From Heteronotia binoei (taxonomy: Eukaryota): 64,000 bases of DNA. Made by a program: the position numbers and the translations under genes. Location: assembly GCF_032191835.1 (NCBI RefSeq), contig NC_083227.1:60140001-60204000 (forward strand), read 5' to 3'. Within the stretch, counting starts at the first letter, position 1. Every line of letters begins with the position of its first letter. Shown here piece by piece: positions 22,617 to 33,560 of this stretch. The notes under the pieces are model-generated. The model was given only the letters and a program-made list of their open reading frames with translations. It had not been told where the DNA came from and did not search any database.

Positions 22617-23412
22617 AGAAGTCCTGGGTTGGGCAACGGTGTGTGGCGCCGTATCTGGTCGATATGCCTCCTCAAGAGGAGGCCACCCTCCGTGGACACA
22701 TCGTAGTGACGGGACCCGGTTACTCGAAGTACCCGTCCCGCCACCCACTTGGGGCCGCTCGCGTAGTTCCTAGCGTACACGGGGTCCCCCGGGAAAAACT
22801 CCCTAGCCGCCTCTCTGCACTCGGGGGAGTTTTGGATGTCGGTGGCCCGGTCGGGGTGCAACCGATCTAGCCTCGTTATGAGTTTCCGTCCCATTAGCAG
22901 CTCGGCAGGGCTGACCCCCGTGACGGGGTTGGGAGTTATCCTATTGTCAAATAGGAATGCGGCTAGGCGGTGATCCCAGTCCCCCTGTACTATACAGCCC
23001 AGGGCCTCTTTGGTGGTGTGGACCATCCGTTCTGCCTGGCCGTTGGTAGCTGGATGGAATAAGCTACTGGGACCTCCCTCCCGTCCGGGAGTTGGTGACC
23101 CAGGACGGCGCCCACCCCATACAGCGATGCGTCACATGCAAGGATCACCGGTAGGCCCTCATCAAAATGGTGGAGCACATCGTTTGATGTGAGTAGGTCC
23201 TTTACCGCTTGGAATGCCGCTGCCTGTTTCTGTCCCCAAGCCCAGGGGGCATTCTTATCCAAGAGTCTGTGGAGGGGTTCTGCAATGGCGGCCTTGTGGG
23301 GCAAGAATGAATGGTAGAAATTTAATAACCCCAAGAAACTCTGGAGGTCCGCCTTGCTCTTCGGGGTTGGGGCTTCCACGATAGCTGTGGTTTTGTTGGG
23401 CGTCGGGTGGAT

Positions 23413-25328
23413 TCATGCTGCGTCCACCACAAACCCCAAGAACTCTACCCTGGGCACCCCCAGGGAGCACTTTTCCCGCTTTACTTTCAGGCTGGCCTCT
23501 TGGAAACGGCGGAGCACCTCACGCAGCCGGTTGCAGAATTCCTCCAGGTCTGGGGCAGCGATCAAAACGTCGTCGAAAAACGGCTGTACCCCGGGGATCC
23601 CTTTGAGGAGAGAATCCATCAGACTCTGGAAAACCCCCGGGGCCACGCTCACTCCAAACTGTAACCTCCGCACCTTAAACGCCCCCCTGTGGGACTATTG
23701 TCTGTGCCTCTGCCATGGCGGCGTCTACGGGCAGCTGCTGGTACGCCTGAGCCAGGTCTAATTTCCCAAAAATCTTGGACCCCGCCAGCGCAGCCAAAAC
23801 GTGGCTGATGACTGGGACCAGGTAGGGGTTATCCTGAAGTGCCTTGTTAATAGTGCACTTATAGTCTGCGCATATGCGCATGTCCCCGTTAGGCTTCACC
23901 GGGGTCACGATCGGAGTCTCCCATTCAGCGTGGGAAACAGGTTCCAGCACCCCCTGAGCCGTGAGGTGATCTAGCTCAGCCTCAATCTTAGGCTTTAGCA
24001 CAAACGGGACCCGCCTGGCCTTAAGACTTACTGGCCGCACTTGGGGGTCGAGAGGTAAGGATATGGGGGCCCCATAACACCCCAGGGCCCCATCAAACAC
24101 TTCCAGGAACTCTTTACACACGTCGTCGAATCCCCGCGTCCCCAGTTGCTGCACCCCCACTATTTTTATTCCCAGCGGCTGGAACCAGGCTAGCCCCAAA
24201 AGTGGACCACCAGTATTTCGAGGTTGCCCCTGAACCCCTTGTACTTCACCCCCACCGTTGCCTAACCCAGGACTTGTACAGGGTTCTTTTGGAAGTCCCG
24301 GAGCACGAAATCGGCCAGACGCAGTCTGGGCTGGCCCCGTGAGCACAGCCTCCTCAAGGATTCCTCCGATATTATGGAGATGGAGAAACCTGAGTCCAGT
24401 TCCATCAGGCAAGGCTTGCCCTCTATCCTGACTGAGACCTTGACCTTGCGGGGGGTCTCATTGGGCAAGTTCATTACCTGTACGCTGGTCGATGCTGTCG
24501 CGTAGTCCCCTGTCGATTCCTGGTTGGTTGCCAGGCGGTGGCGGGTGCCCTTGGACCGGCAGGCCCTTGCTATGTGGCCCATCTTGCCGCAGCTCCTGCA
24601 GAGCATGTGGCGGTAGGGGCAGTCCCTTCGCTCGTGTTGGTCCCTGCAGCTGGCGCACCTGGTCGAGGCTGGTCTCTCCGTCGCTCGGGGTCGCTGGGTT
24701 GCTCGTGGGTTCGTCCCTGGTTGGCGGCGCAGCTGGAGTGCCTTCTCCTCCTCCGGTCCGTAGGGGTCCATCTCTCCCTGGTGGACGGTGTCGGTTCTTG
24801 TTTTGGGAAAGGTCCTCGTGGACCGCTCGAACGCCACTGCCTCGTTGAAAGCTCTCTGGAGGGTGAGCTCTTCTCTCGTGAACAGCTTCTGTTGCAGCCT
24901 CTCGTCCCTCAGGCCCCAGACGAAACGGTCTGCCAGGGACTCTTCCAGCTGTGCGAAGCTGCATTTGCCTGCGATTTGGTGGAGGGCCGCCAGGTAGTCG
25001 GCGGCTGACTCTCCCGCCTCTTGGTCCCGCTTGTGGAAGAGGAAACGGCAGGCCACGCATGAGGGCTGTGGCAGGAAGTGCCCGGTAAGGAGCCGGACTA
25101 TCTCTTCATAGGACTTCTCCGTGATCCTCGCGGGGCCGAGAGACCCTTGGCGATCTCGAACGTGGCCGCCCCGCAGACGCTCAGGAGGACGTCCCGCTTC
25201 ATGCAGTCTTCAGTTATGCGGTTTGCCCGCAGGTAACACTCGGCCCGCTCTGTGTAGGTCTCCCATCCCTCCGGAGTAGCGGGGTTGAATTCTTCAAGAC
25301 AGCCCGTGGTCCCGCTCTGGGTAGCCAT
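23413..25328 (-). pseudogene. Frameshifted gag-protease-RT of the Gypsy element
   Basis: The domains are split over ORFs 25098-25328, 24262-25056, 23675-24412 and 23413-23673. Confidence 0.9.
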
Positions 25329-25410
25329 GGTGGCTGTGGCGGTGGCCGTGTTCGCTCAACGGGTTGCCTTGGTTGTCTCTGTTGGATTCGTTTGAATTTG
25401 GCGGGCTAGG

Positions 25411-25428
25411 ATCCCACCTTCGTCGCCA
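25411..25428 (-). promoter_or_regulatory. Primer-binding site, probably tRNA-Ser(GCU)
   Basis: TGGCGACGAAGGTGGGAT lies 1 nt from the LTR. It is complementary to the recalled vertebrate tRNA-Ser(GCU) 3' end ATCCCACCTTCGTCGCCA. Confidence 0.8.
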
Positions 25429-25429
25429 C

Positions 25430-25696
25430 TGTAATGTACTGGAAACTGAGACAGTTTGAAGGCAACATTGTTTATTGCGAGCACATTACAAAAGTGAGTA
25501 CACGCGGCCGGAGTCCCGCATATATACATTTCCCCGGACAGCCCCCCCGGTCCGACCAGGCCAATCCTGGTCGGTTAAACTTCCCGCCACAGATGTTGAG
25601 GGGCGGGGCCACTGGCGAGCCACATCCGGGAACCCGAGGGTCTCCCTTAGGTGACCATTGCCATGAGGCCTGGCCACTTATGAACAATACATAACA
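25430..25696 (-). repeat. 5' LTR (267 bp)
   Basis: The minus strand runs TGTTATG...CATTACA and contains a TATA-like tatatatg and AATAAA. It matches 22449-22616. Confidence 0.88.
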
Positions 25697-25914
25697 AATA
25701 TACTCCCCTGTAGTCCTGTCCAGCTCAAGCTTACTGCCCTCTGCAGGATCTGCTTCTTCTTTGTACACAAGACATTGCTGCATTCTGACAAGAACTGAAC
25801 ATTAAGAAAGCAAACTTTCCCCCCCAAGAGTTCAAGATTGTTGTTCACAGTCTCTAACCCAATTACAATTCAAATGCAGGAGTGATCACTCTTCCCTTGT
25901 CTAGACACATTAGG

Positions 25915-26050
25915 TCAAGAGTGTCAAACTCATTTGTTATGTGGGCCGGATCTCACATAAATGTTATTTTGTTGGGCCAGGCCACACATGCCATAAAATG
26001 TAACACGAGGTATCAAAGATATAAACTTTATAAAGCTGATTTCAGATGTC
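25915..26050 (+). mobile_element. hAT MITE left-end fragment
   Basis: gtgtcaaactcatttgttatgtgggccggatctcacataaatg is shared with the elements at 28686 and 30867. Confidence 0.65.
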
Positions 26051-26454
26051 AAATGGCAATAGCAGGTGAATGATAATAGTAGGCTTGATTGGATTAGGTG
26101 TGATATGTAGAGGGGTAGTAGGTGTGGAGATTGGTAACGAGTAGCATTGGTAATGAAACAGGAAACCTAGGTCGCAGTTCCATCCAGGAGGATGCAAAGA
26201 ATGAATGCACATAAGTCTGACATTAGAAACTACAATATTCAGTTGCTGACTTAAGATTAGCAATGCTCTTGGACAGGAATGTCAAAGGGAGAATAGAAAG
26301 GGGGACTGCTAAATTACAATTGATAATGAAGCTCAAGACAATGTATCCTCCTGGCCAGAACTGAGAGCTAGTTTCTTCTGTCTCTTTACCAATGTGTGCT
26401 ATTATCATTTGGCATATGAAATCACTCCACTCTCCAAGATAAAAGTACCAATCC

Positions 26455-26900
26455 AACACAGAGAGAGGCAGAAAGGCAAAGAGAGGGGATCAGAGAGAGA
26501 GAGAGAGATGCAGAGAGGTAAAGAGAGGGCGACAGAGAGAGAAGGGCAGAGAGGAAGGCAAAGAGAGAGGGGGCAGAGAAAGGGGCAGAGAGGCAAACAG
26601 AGAGAAAGAGAGAGACAAAGAGAGAGGCAGAAAAAGGGGCAGAGAGAGAGAGGGGGACAGAGAGACAGGCAAAGAAAGGGGGCAGAGAGAGAGAAAGAGA
26701 GAGGGGCAGAGAGGGGGGAAGAAACAAAGAGAGGGGGGCAAAAAAGAGAGAGGCAGAGAGGGAGGGGCAGAGAAAGGGGCAAAGAGGCAAACAGAGAGAG
26801 AGGCAGAGAGGGGGCAGAGAGGCACACCGAACGGGGCAGAAAGAGGGGGCAGAGAAGCAGATAGAGACAAAAAGGGAGGGGCAGAGAGACAGAGAGATGG
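26455..26900. repeat. Degenerate (GA)n / GGCAGAGA purine-rich low-complexity tract
   Basis: About 450 bp composed almost entirely of A and G, with recurring ggcagagaga and aaggggcaga units. Confidence 0.95.
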
Positions 26901-27859
26901 CTGTGAGGCACACATGGTGTGGCAGAGAAAGGTGCCTAGCGGGGGGCGGGGAAGGAGTGCAGCTGCGGTGACAGAGGAGCAGAGGGGTGCCAGGGGTGGC
27001 AGCGGTTGGACTGTCTGAACCCTGTGCCTCCTTTCCTTTCAGTGCCATTATTTCACACAGCCCCAAACCCATTGTGGATTGTGTTCCACAGTCAGTGGGG
27101 GAAATGGCAGACAAGAGGGGAAAGCACAGCATCACCCCCATGTAGAGGTTCCATTGTCACTGCAAATGCCTCTACATTTGCTGCAGCAAAGGAACAAAAT
27201 GGAGAATCCACCTCATGAAGAAATTTGTGTTCATAGTTCATTCATCCATGAAGCTGACTGGATGGCCTTGTACCAGCCACCTTTTCTTCATTTAACTTAG
27301 AAGGATATTGTGAAAGTAAGATAGAAGGAGAGCCACATGCTGAGAAAAGGAAGTTACAAAGCCAGCTGTTTCCAGGACTGCTCACATGTCATCTTAACCT
27401 TTTTTATGAAGGGATGGCATTTGGCGGCACTTAGTTTCAAATTCTTGTAAAAGCAATTGCCAAAATGCTGAAAGGTTTGGTTACCAAAATACTAGAAACA
27501 ATTCAGAGTCAGGTTCTCAAATCTCTTTTAGATTTAACTAATGGGACTCCAGCCACTGTGTTATGGGCTTCTTTCCATTGCAAATGAGGTATATAAACTT
27601 GTTTATTGGCTTAAATTCCATAAGACTCTTGATAACAGCTATCCAAAGAAATGTGTTCTTAAACAAGATTTCCCAGCACACTTCAGTTAAAATGAAGATA
27701 AGAGCATAAGAAGAGCCCTGCTGAATCAGACCAATGCCCTTCCTAGCTACTTAAATCTGCTGGGGTGGCTTTTTTTTTTAAGGGGGTGTGACTGGGTATT
27801 ATTCCTCCTTGAGAGAGGGGCTGGTCACCCTAGCCTTGCTCACTTTTAAAGAAATCTAC

Positions 27860-28560
27860 CCTAAACCCAGTAGATCTCAATAACTATTGACCGGACTCAA
27901 ATGTTCCAGTCCTGAGCAATGTGATTGAACAGGTGGTGGATGGAGGTAGTGCAACCTTGATTCTCCTGGACCACTCAGAAGCTTTTGATACCATCGAGCT
28001 TGGTATCCTTCCAGACCCACCTTCCCAGGCTTGGACTGGGATGCATTGTTCTACAGAGGGTAGGTTCCGTAAGGTGGAGATTGGGAACTGCTGTTCAGCA
28101 CCTTGGTTTTTGGCCTCTGGGGTCCCACAAAACTCTATCTTGTTCCCTATGGTCTTTAACATCTCCATGAAACCACTGGGTGAGGCGATCTGGGCTGGGT
28201 TCAGCGATATGCAAATAACTTTCAGCTCTATCTCATGCATCCAACCATGCTTGTGAGACAGCCTCAGGGTCTGCAGTTCTTCCACCAGCATGGCTCCATT
28301 TGCCATGTTACCCCTTCAAGGCACCCATCCCACTGACATTCATCCCCTGTGTGGAGTTCACTTGTCTCTGCTTTCTATCTGTGGGTACTGTTGCAAGACA
28401 GCAGGTGCTATGGGTGTTTGGCCAGCAATTTCATTGGACAAAGCTGCCAATGACACCCCTCCCCAGGCCCCAGCTGTGGCCAGTCCTCTCTGGAAGAGAG
28501 AGGGTGCCCTGGAAAGGGGCTGTGCTAACAGCTTGATATGAAACTGCCAGCATCCCTGCC
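27860..28560 (+). mobile_element. L2 LINE reverse transcriptase fragment, decayed
   Basis: ORF 27921-28256 contains LILLDHSEAFDTI...SGVPQNSILFPMVFNISMKPLGEAI, matching the L2/CR1-clade LDLSxAFD and GVPQGS motifs. Confidence 0.82.
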
Positions 28561-28685
28561 AACCCTCCCCCCATAGGCAGCACTATATTAATTAATACAT
28601 ATCCCCAATAACAAGACTGTGAGAAAAGTGAAGTTGGTTGTAGGTCATCCAGGAAGTTTAGGTCTCCTAAATGAACATTCTAAAG

Positions 28686-29182
28686 CAGGGGTGTCAAACT
28701 CATTTGTAATGAGGGCCAGATCTGACATAAATGAGACCTTGTTGGGCCGGGCCATGTGTGTACCTATTTAAGATTAGCAGAGATATAAATTTTTTAAAGA
28801 ACAAAAACACAACTAAAGATTTTTTTAAAAAAAAAAACCCTTAAAACAAAACATGCTTAAAACATGAGCACTTGTTGGTCTTAAAGGTGCTTTCTTTGTA
28901 TTTCTCCCATGGGATCCAGGGAACTGGGCAAAGGAAGCTTTGGCTCTTTCCCTCCCTCCCCAGGGGACTCGGGGGGGGGGGAGGAGCCTCAACCAACAGA
29001 GAAAATCAAGGTTTTGTTCTGTAGCTCCTGTGCAATTGAGTAAGCCTGACAAAGCAAACTGAGATGCAGAAGGAAGCAAGAGAGAGGGAGAAGGAAGCAG
29101 ATAAGAGTCAGTTGCTTGGGCGCCTGATAGGAGCTCTCCAGGGGCCTGATTCGGCTCCTGGGCTGTATGTTTGACACCCCTG
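28686..29182. mobile_element. hAT (Charlie/Buster-like) non-autonomous element
   Basis: caggggtgtcaaac...gtttgacacccctg, with an 8-bp TSD ttctaaag/ctctaaag. Confidence 0.9.
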
Positions 29183-30069
29183 CTCTAAAGATTCTCTAAG
29201 CATGATTTGGTCCAGCAGCATCTCCTCCCTTTCCCATTGTGTACAGACTGACTCTCCCTCTCTGGACAAACAGGTTTTTGAAATACTACAAAATCATGTA
29301 AACCATAATGTCCTGTTCTTGGAAGCTTTTATGTAACAGGATAAGAGTGTAGATCATGAGGAAGGATACTTTTCTTATATTATTTTTAACTCTCTCGGGG
29401 GAGAAAAACACCAGCAATCTGGTACTTTAGCCTTGCAATGGTCTGATCTGAGAACAACCAAGCAGGTTGCTGTAGAGTAATAAACAATATATATTTATGC
29501 AGCCCACTCCCTTCATGCTTACTAAAGGTGGCTGCTTTAATTGGATAAAAACAAGTAAATATTTCCTGAGCTGAGGATGGTAGAGGTTATTAATGACCAA
29601 AATTTCCAGTGAATGAATGATAAAAAATAAATAAATCAGAACTAAGACATTCTGCTGAGTTAGGAGAAAATGTAAACCTAACGTTGCCAAGTTCCATTTC
29701 AGGGTGAAAAACATGAGAGGAAAGAAATGATTAATTTATTTTGGAAGGGCAGAAAACAGATTTATTATGCAACTTCACTATGAGTAAAATCTCTGACAGT
29801 AACAAAAATCTGAAGGCAGTTGCAAGCTATCTAGAAAGCTCATAAATCCCAGGGAAATAATAAACACTAATAAATGCTTAGGAGGATCCTTTTATTGCTC
29901 ACGGCTTTCTCACCAAGTCCGCTAGCAGTGAATGACGGCACAACCTGAGTGAGAAGCATGCCGGAAGGCTAAAAAACCAGAGTTTCCTCTTCTGTTCAAA
30001 ACTCTTGATCACAGGAAATTAAAATCAGGAGGAGCAACTGCCAAAATGAGGAACAGTGAAAAGGGAGAA

Positions 30070-30290
30070 GAGAAGAGTTTATTAATCCACATTTCTCTAC
30101 CCAAAGAAGTCTCAAAGCAGTTTACAATCATATTCCCTTCCTTTCCCATAACTTTCATTTTGTAAGATAGGTGGGGCTGAGAAAGTTCTGAGAGAACTGT
30201 GACAGGACCAAGGTCTCCCAGCAGATGTCGTGTGGAGGAATGCGGAAGCAAACATGCTTCTCTCGTTTAGAGTCCATTGCTTGATGGCTC
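30070..30290 (-). mobile_element. MIR-derived SINE (Squam3-like), degenerate
   Basis: Reverse-complement match to the SINE at 47682-47960. Confidence 0.6.
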
Positions 30291-30448
30291 TAAGTTGGGA
30301 AATATCTGTAGATTTTGGGGTGGATATCAGTTTTCTGGATATCAGTTGTAATCCAAGAGGCAGGCAACCTTGCCCATTGCACTCTCTCTCTCAGATTGTA
30401 CTGTACATTCCAAAAACCAGATACATAGTAAAATTTTGAGCAGGCAAA

Positions 30449-30644
30449 NNNNNNNNNNNNNNNNNNNNNNNNNNNNNNNNNNNNNNNNNNNNNNNNNNNN
30501 NNNNNNNNNNNNNNNNNNNNNNNNNNNNNNNNNNNNNNNNNNNNNNNNNNNNNNNNNNNNNNNNNNNNNNNNNNNNNNNNNNNNNNNNNNNNNNNNNNNN
30601 NNNNNNNNNNNNNNNNNNNNNNNNNNNNNNNNNNNNNNNNNNNN
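30449..30644. other. Assembly gap (N run)
   Basis: A run of about 196 N. Confidence 1.
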
Positions 30645-30866
30645 AGTCATCTTAAAGGGTAGGGGTTCACAAGTATCATATCTTAATATATACTAGTGTC
30701 TTCAAAAACTTTACTGAAAAACCAACAAATAGATTACTTACTAAACTGTTACATCAACCATTGGTAAAGGCTGTAATAACCCATAGAAATTCCCAAGAGT
30801 TTAATTTCTATATAGATAGGGACAAGCTCAAACTGTATTTGATGCACAATTAACAATAGCCTAGCT

Positions 30867-32524
30867 CAGAGATGTCAAACTCATTTGTTATGAGGTCTGG
30901 ATCTGACATAAATGAGACCTTGTTGGGCCAGGCGATGTATGTCATAAAATGTAATGCCAGGTAGTGGAAATATAAACTTTATATGGGACATAAACACAAT
31001 TAAATATTTTTAAAAACTTAAAACAAAACATTAGCACTCTTGCAATATTTTGTTTATTTAACAGTCTCTGATAATTGACCCCTCTTGCTCAGAATTATTG
31101 CATCAAAAACTGGAGACAATGTTTGTGATTTAACAGTCTTGAGTATGCTGTTCAGGTATGTATCTGTAAGTTGCAAACCTACTTTTGATTTATTGATATT
31201 CATTACAGAAATCTCATGGTCAAGGCTTTGAGCCCAAGACCCAGAGGAAAACATGAAATGGTGGGGCATTGTGAGCTTTGGTACATAAACTGCTTGTCAG
31301 GAACATGTGAAAGCACTATGACATAGACTGAGGGCTATGCGCTTGTCTACAAAACTATAGTCTTCCCCAGAGAAATAACTACAACTTCTATGAGGCAGTA
31401 CAAGAACAGAGAGACAGCGATGTATAGTGGTCAGTATTAGCCTGCTGTCTGGGAAGTCTAATATTCCAAGTCCAAGGAAATGTGCTGGGTTAACACAACT
31501 CTAATTCACTTTACTGGCTTGTTGTTATTCCTCATCTAAATCGTTCACATTGCTTTCCTACTGAGAAAGGCTGGATCATGAGGATGTGAATACAATGAAA
31601 ACCCAGTTGCGCCCTGGAGAGCCCTGGCATAACAGTCTAACAGCTCTCTCTCTCTCAGCAAAAAGCTCATACCTTGAATAAAACTTTGTTGGTCTTAAAG
31701 GTGCTTTCTATGCAGGCCTCAGATTCAGCAGAAGCTCCCAGGAGCACAGCTCCTGAACCTTTCTGAAGGTTCTCCCTCTTCCTCCCCACCTACCTTGTCC
31801 GTTGAGTAGTAGGTGCAGCTGCATAAAAATCCCTGGATTAGGAAAGCGGGCAGCCATCCATCCACCAGGAACTTTGCCCGACCAGCAGCCCTCATTAACC
31901 CCTGGAGAAGCCTGCACCACCCTTTCTTCACTTCTTACGTGATTTTGGGTTGCAGATGGCTTGCTGGCCTTCTGACTTGGGGGGAACGGTCCAGGAGAGC
32001 CCAGGTGAGTGAGCTCTGCTTGGGCTGCCTGGATCTTGCTCACCTGGAGCTCTCCTTTCTTGCTTCGAGTTGCTTTTGGCTGTGGGGATGTGCTAATGAG
32101 TTATGATAATGAGCTCCACCACCTATTTTCTACAAAATGACCCCTATTTCTATGTATCTTTCCTGTGTGATTGAGGGAACTGGGCAAAGGAAGCTCTTGC
32201 TCTTTGCCTCCCTCCCCAGGATATGAGGAGGGAGAGAAGCCTTGGCCAATAAAGAGATGTTTGGCTCAGTAGCTCTGTTGTGTGATTGAGAGAGCCTGGC
32301 AAAGCAAGCTCTCATGCTTTCCCTCCCTCTGCAAGGGAGGAGCCTCAGCCAATTGGGGAAAGCCAGACTTTGCTCTGTAACTGCTGTGCAATTCAGTGAG
32401 TCTGGCAAAGCAAGCTGTGATGCAGAAGAAAGCAAGAGAGTGGGAGAAAGAAGCAGACAATGGGATGAATACAAGCCCTGTGGGGGCCAGATATGTTCCA
32501 CAGGCCACATGTTTGACACCTGTG
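30867..32524. mobile_element. Longer hAT element of the same family as 28686-29182
   Basis: cagagatgtcaaac...gtttgacacctgtg, with a degenerate TSD gcctagct/gcctaatt. It shares left and right subterminal sequence with the 497-bp copy. Confidence 0.75.
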
Positions 32525-32739
32525 GCCTAATTTCTCAATGCATATTGTTACACTGCATTGCCTAAATAGTAAATAGTATTAACTAATTATGCTTATAAAA
32601 TTATAATCTATTACTGCATCAACTGTGAAATCAGAAGTGATAATGTAATACTTTTAGAGTAGCTGAAATTCTCAATAAAGTATCACAATCCTCTCTCACA
32701 GATCACATAAAGAGGAGAGAGACTATAAAAACCAACAAC

Positions 32740-33560
32740 AATAATAATATCAAATTATAACTTCTAAATTTTTCTAATGGCCATTATTTCTTTATTGGTA
32801 TAATACTCATCCACTGCCCTACTAAACCCAGCAAATCAATGTATTTTTGGAGCTAAAGTATAATTAAACAGCCTTCAAGAAATCTGTCCTCCACCATTAA
32901 GAACATTTCAGAGTCGTTTGTGGGCTGAGTAGGTTCTAAAATTTTCTAAAATTTCTTTCATGTCCCTCTTAAAGATATCAGGCCCTGGAAATTCTCCTTT
33001 TTCTGCAGATGTACTGGAATCAGTATCTTTTATTGTTGGCATCACTTACAGACAAGGGCAGGCTAAAAAATCAAATCAAATAAATAAGTTGTTAAATGGA
33101 AACATGGATGTAGGAGGACATGTGCTCTAGAAAGATTCACCACTTAGGACACCACATATGTACACTTTCCTAATCATATAAAATTATTGCCATTTTAAAA
33201 TCCAATAGTTGTATTTTTTAGTATTATTTCATGAAGAAAAAACATTATTATTCTTTCATCAGCAGAGTATACATATAACAACAGGACTGTTCTAATTAAA
33301 ATGCTGAGGAATAAAACTTGGTGAAATCCATTGTACCTAGCAAATGTGAGCTTTACTAAACCAGAGAATTTGCAGTCTTTCCTAGAAGGTTTCTGATTTT
33401 CTATAACTTCCAATTTTTTTGCTCTGTCTAGTATATCTTGGAAATAACCTTGATCAACTTGATCAGTCTAGTCTAGTATATCTTGGAAATAACTTTGATC
33501 GACTTGATAACTTTTCCAAAAAAGTTTTTAATTTTTCACAAGTTGACCAGAAGGCCTGCT
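32740..33560 (-). mobile_element. L1-clade ORF2 fragment, heavily decayed, with an internal 38-bp tandem duplication
   Basis: The minus strand gives degenerate RT-like peptides. The unit gtctagtatatcttggaaataa..ttgatc..cttgat is duplicated at 33426-33463 and 33471-33508. Confidence 0.45.

Larger units (their letters stand above)
22449..25696 (-). mobile_element. Ty3/Gypsy LTR retrotransposon (Mag/K02A2.6-like), internally deleted and defective
   Basis: Gag has two zinc knuckles (CASCRDQHERRDC and CRSCGKMGHIARAC). Also present are protease LDSG, RT (RICADYK, KLDLAQAYQQL, FFDD), the RNase H start (DAS...GAVL) and the integrase end (FHPATNGQAER...RHIDQIR). LTRs lie at 25430-25696 and 22449-22616. 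Probable 5-bp TSD aacat/aatat. Confidence 0.95.

Noticed and set aside
24458-25060. 200-aa and 156-aa ORFs overlapping gag
   Set aside because: They are alternative or antisense frames of GC-rich gag, with no independent motifs.
26394-27141. Long ORFs of 141-239 aa (ER-rich or LSLC-rich)
   Set aside because: These are translations of the GA low-complexity tract.
30342-30696. ORFs spanning poly-X
   Set aside because: They are artefacts of the N gap.
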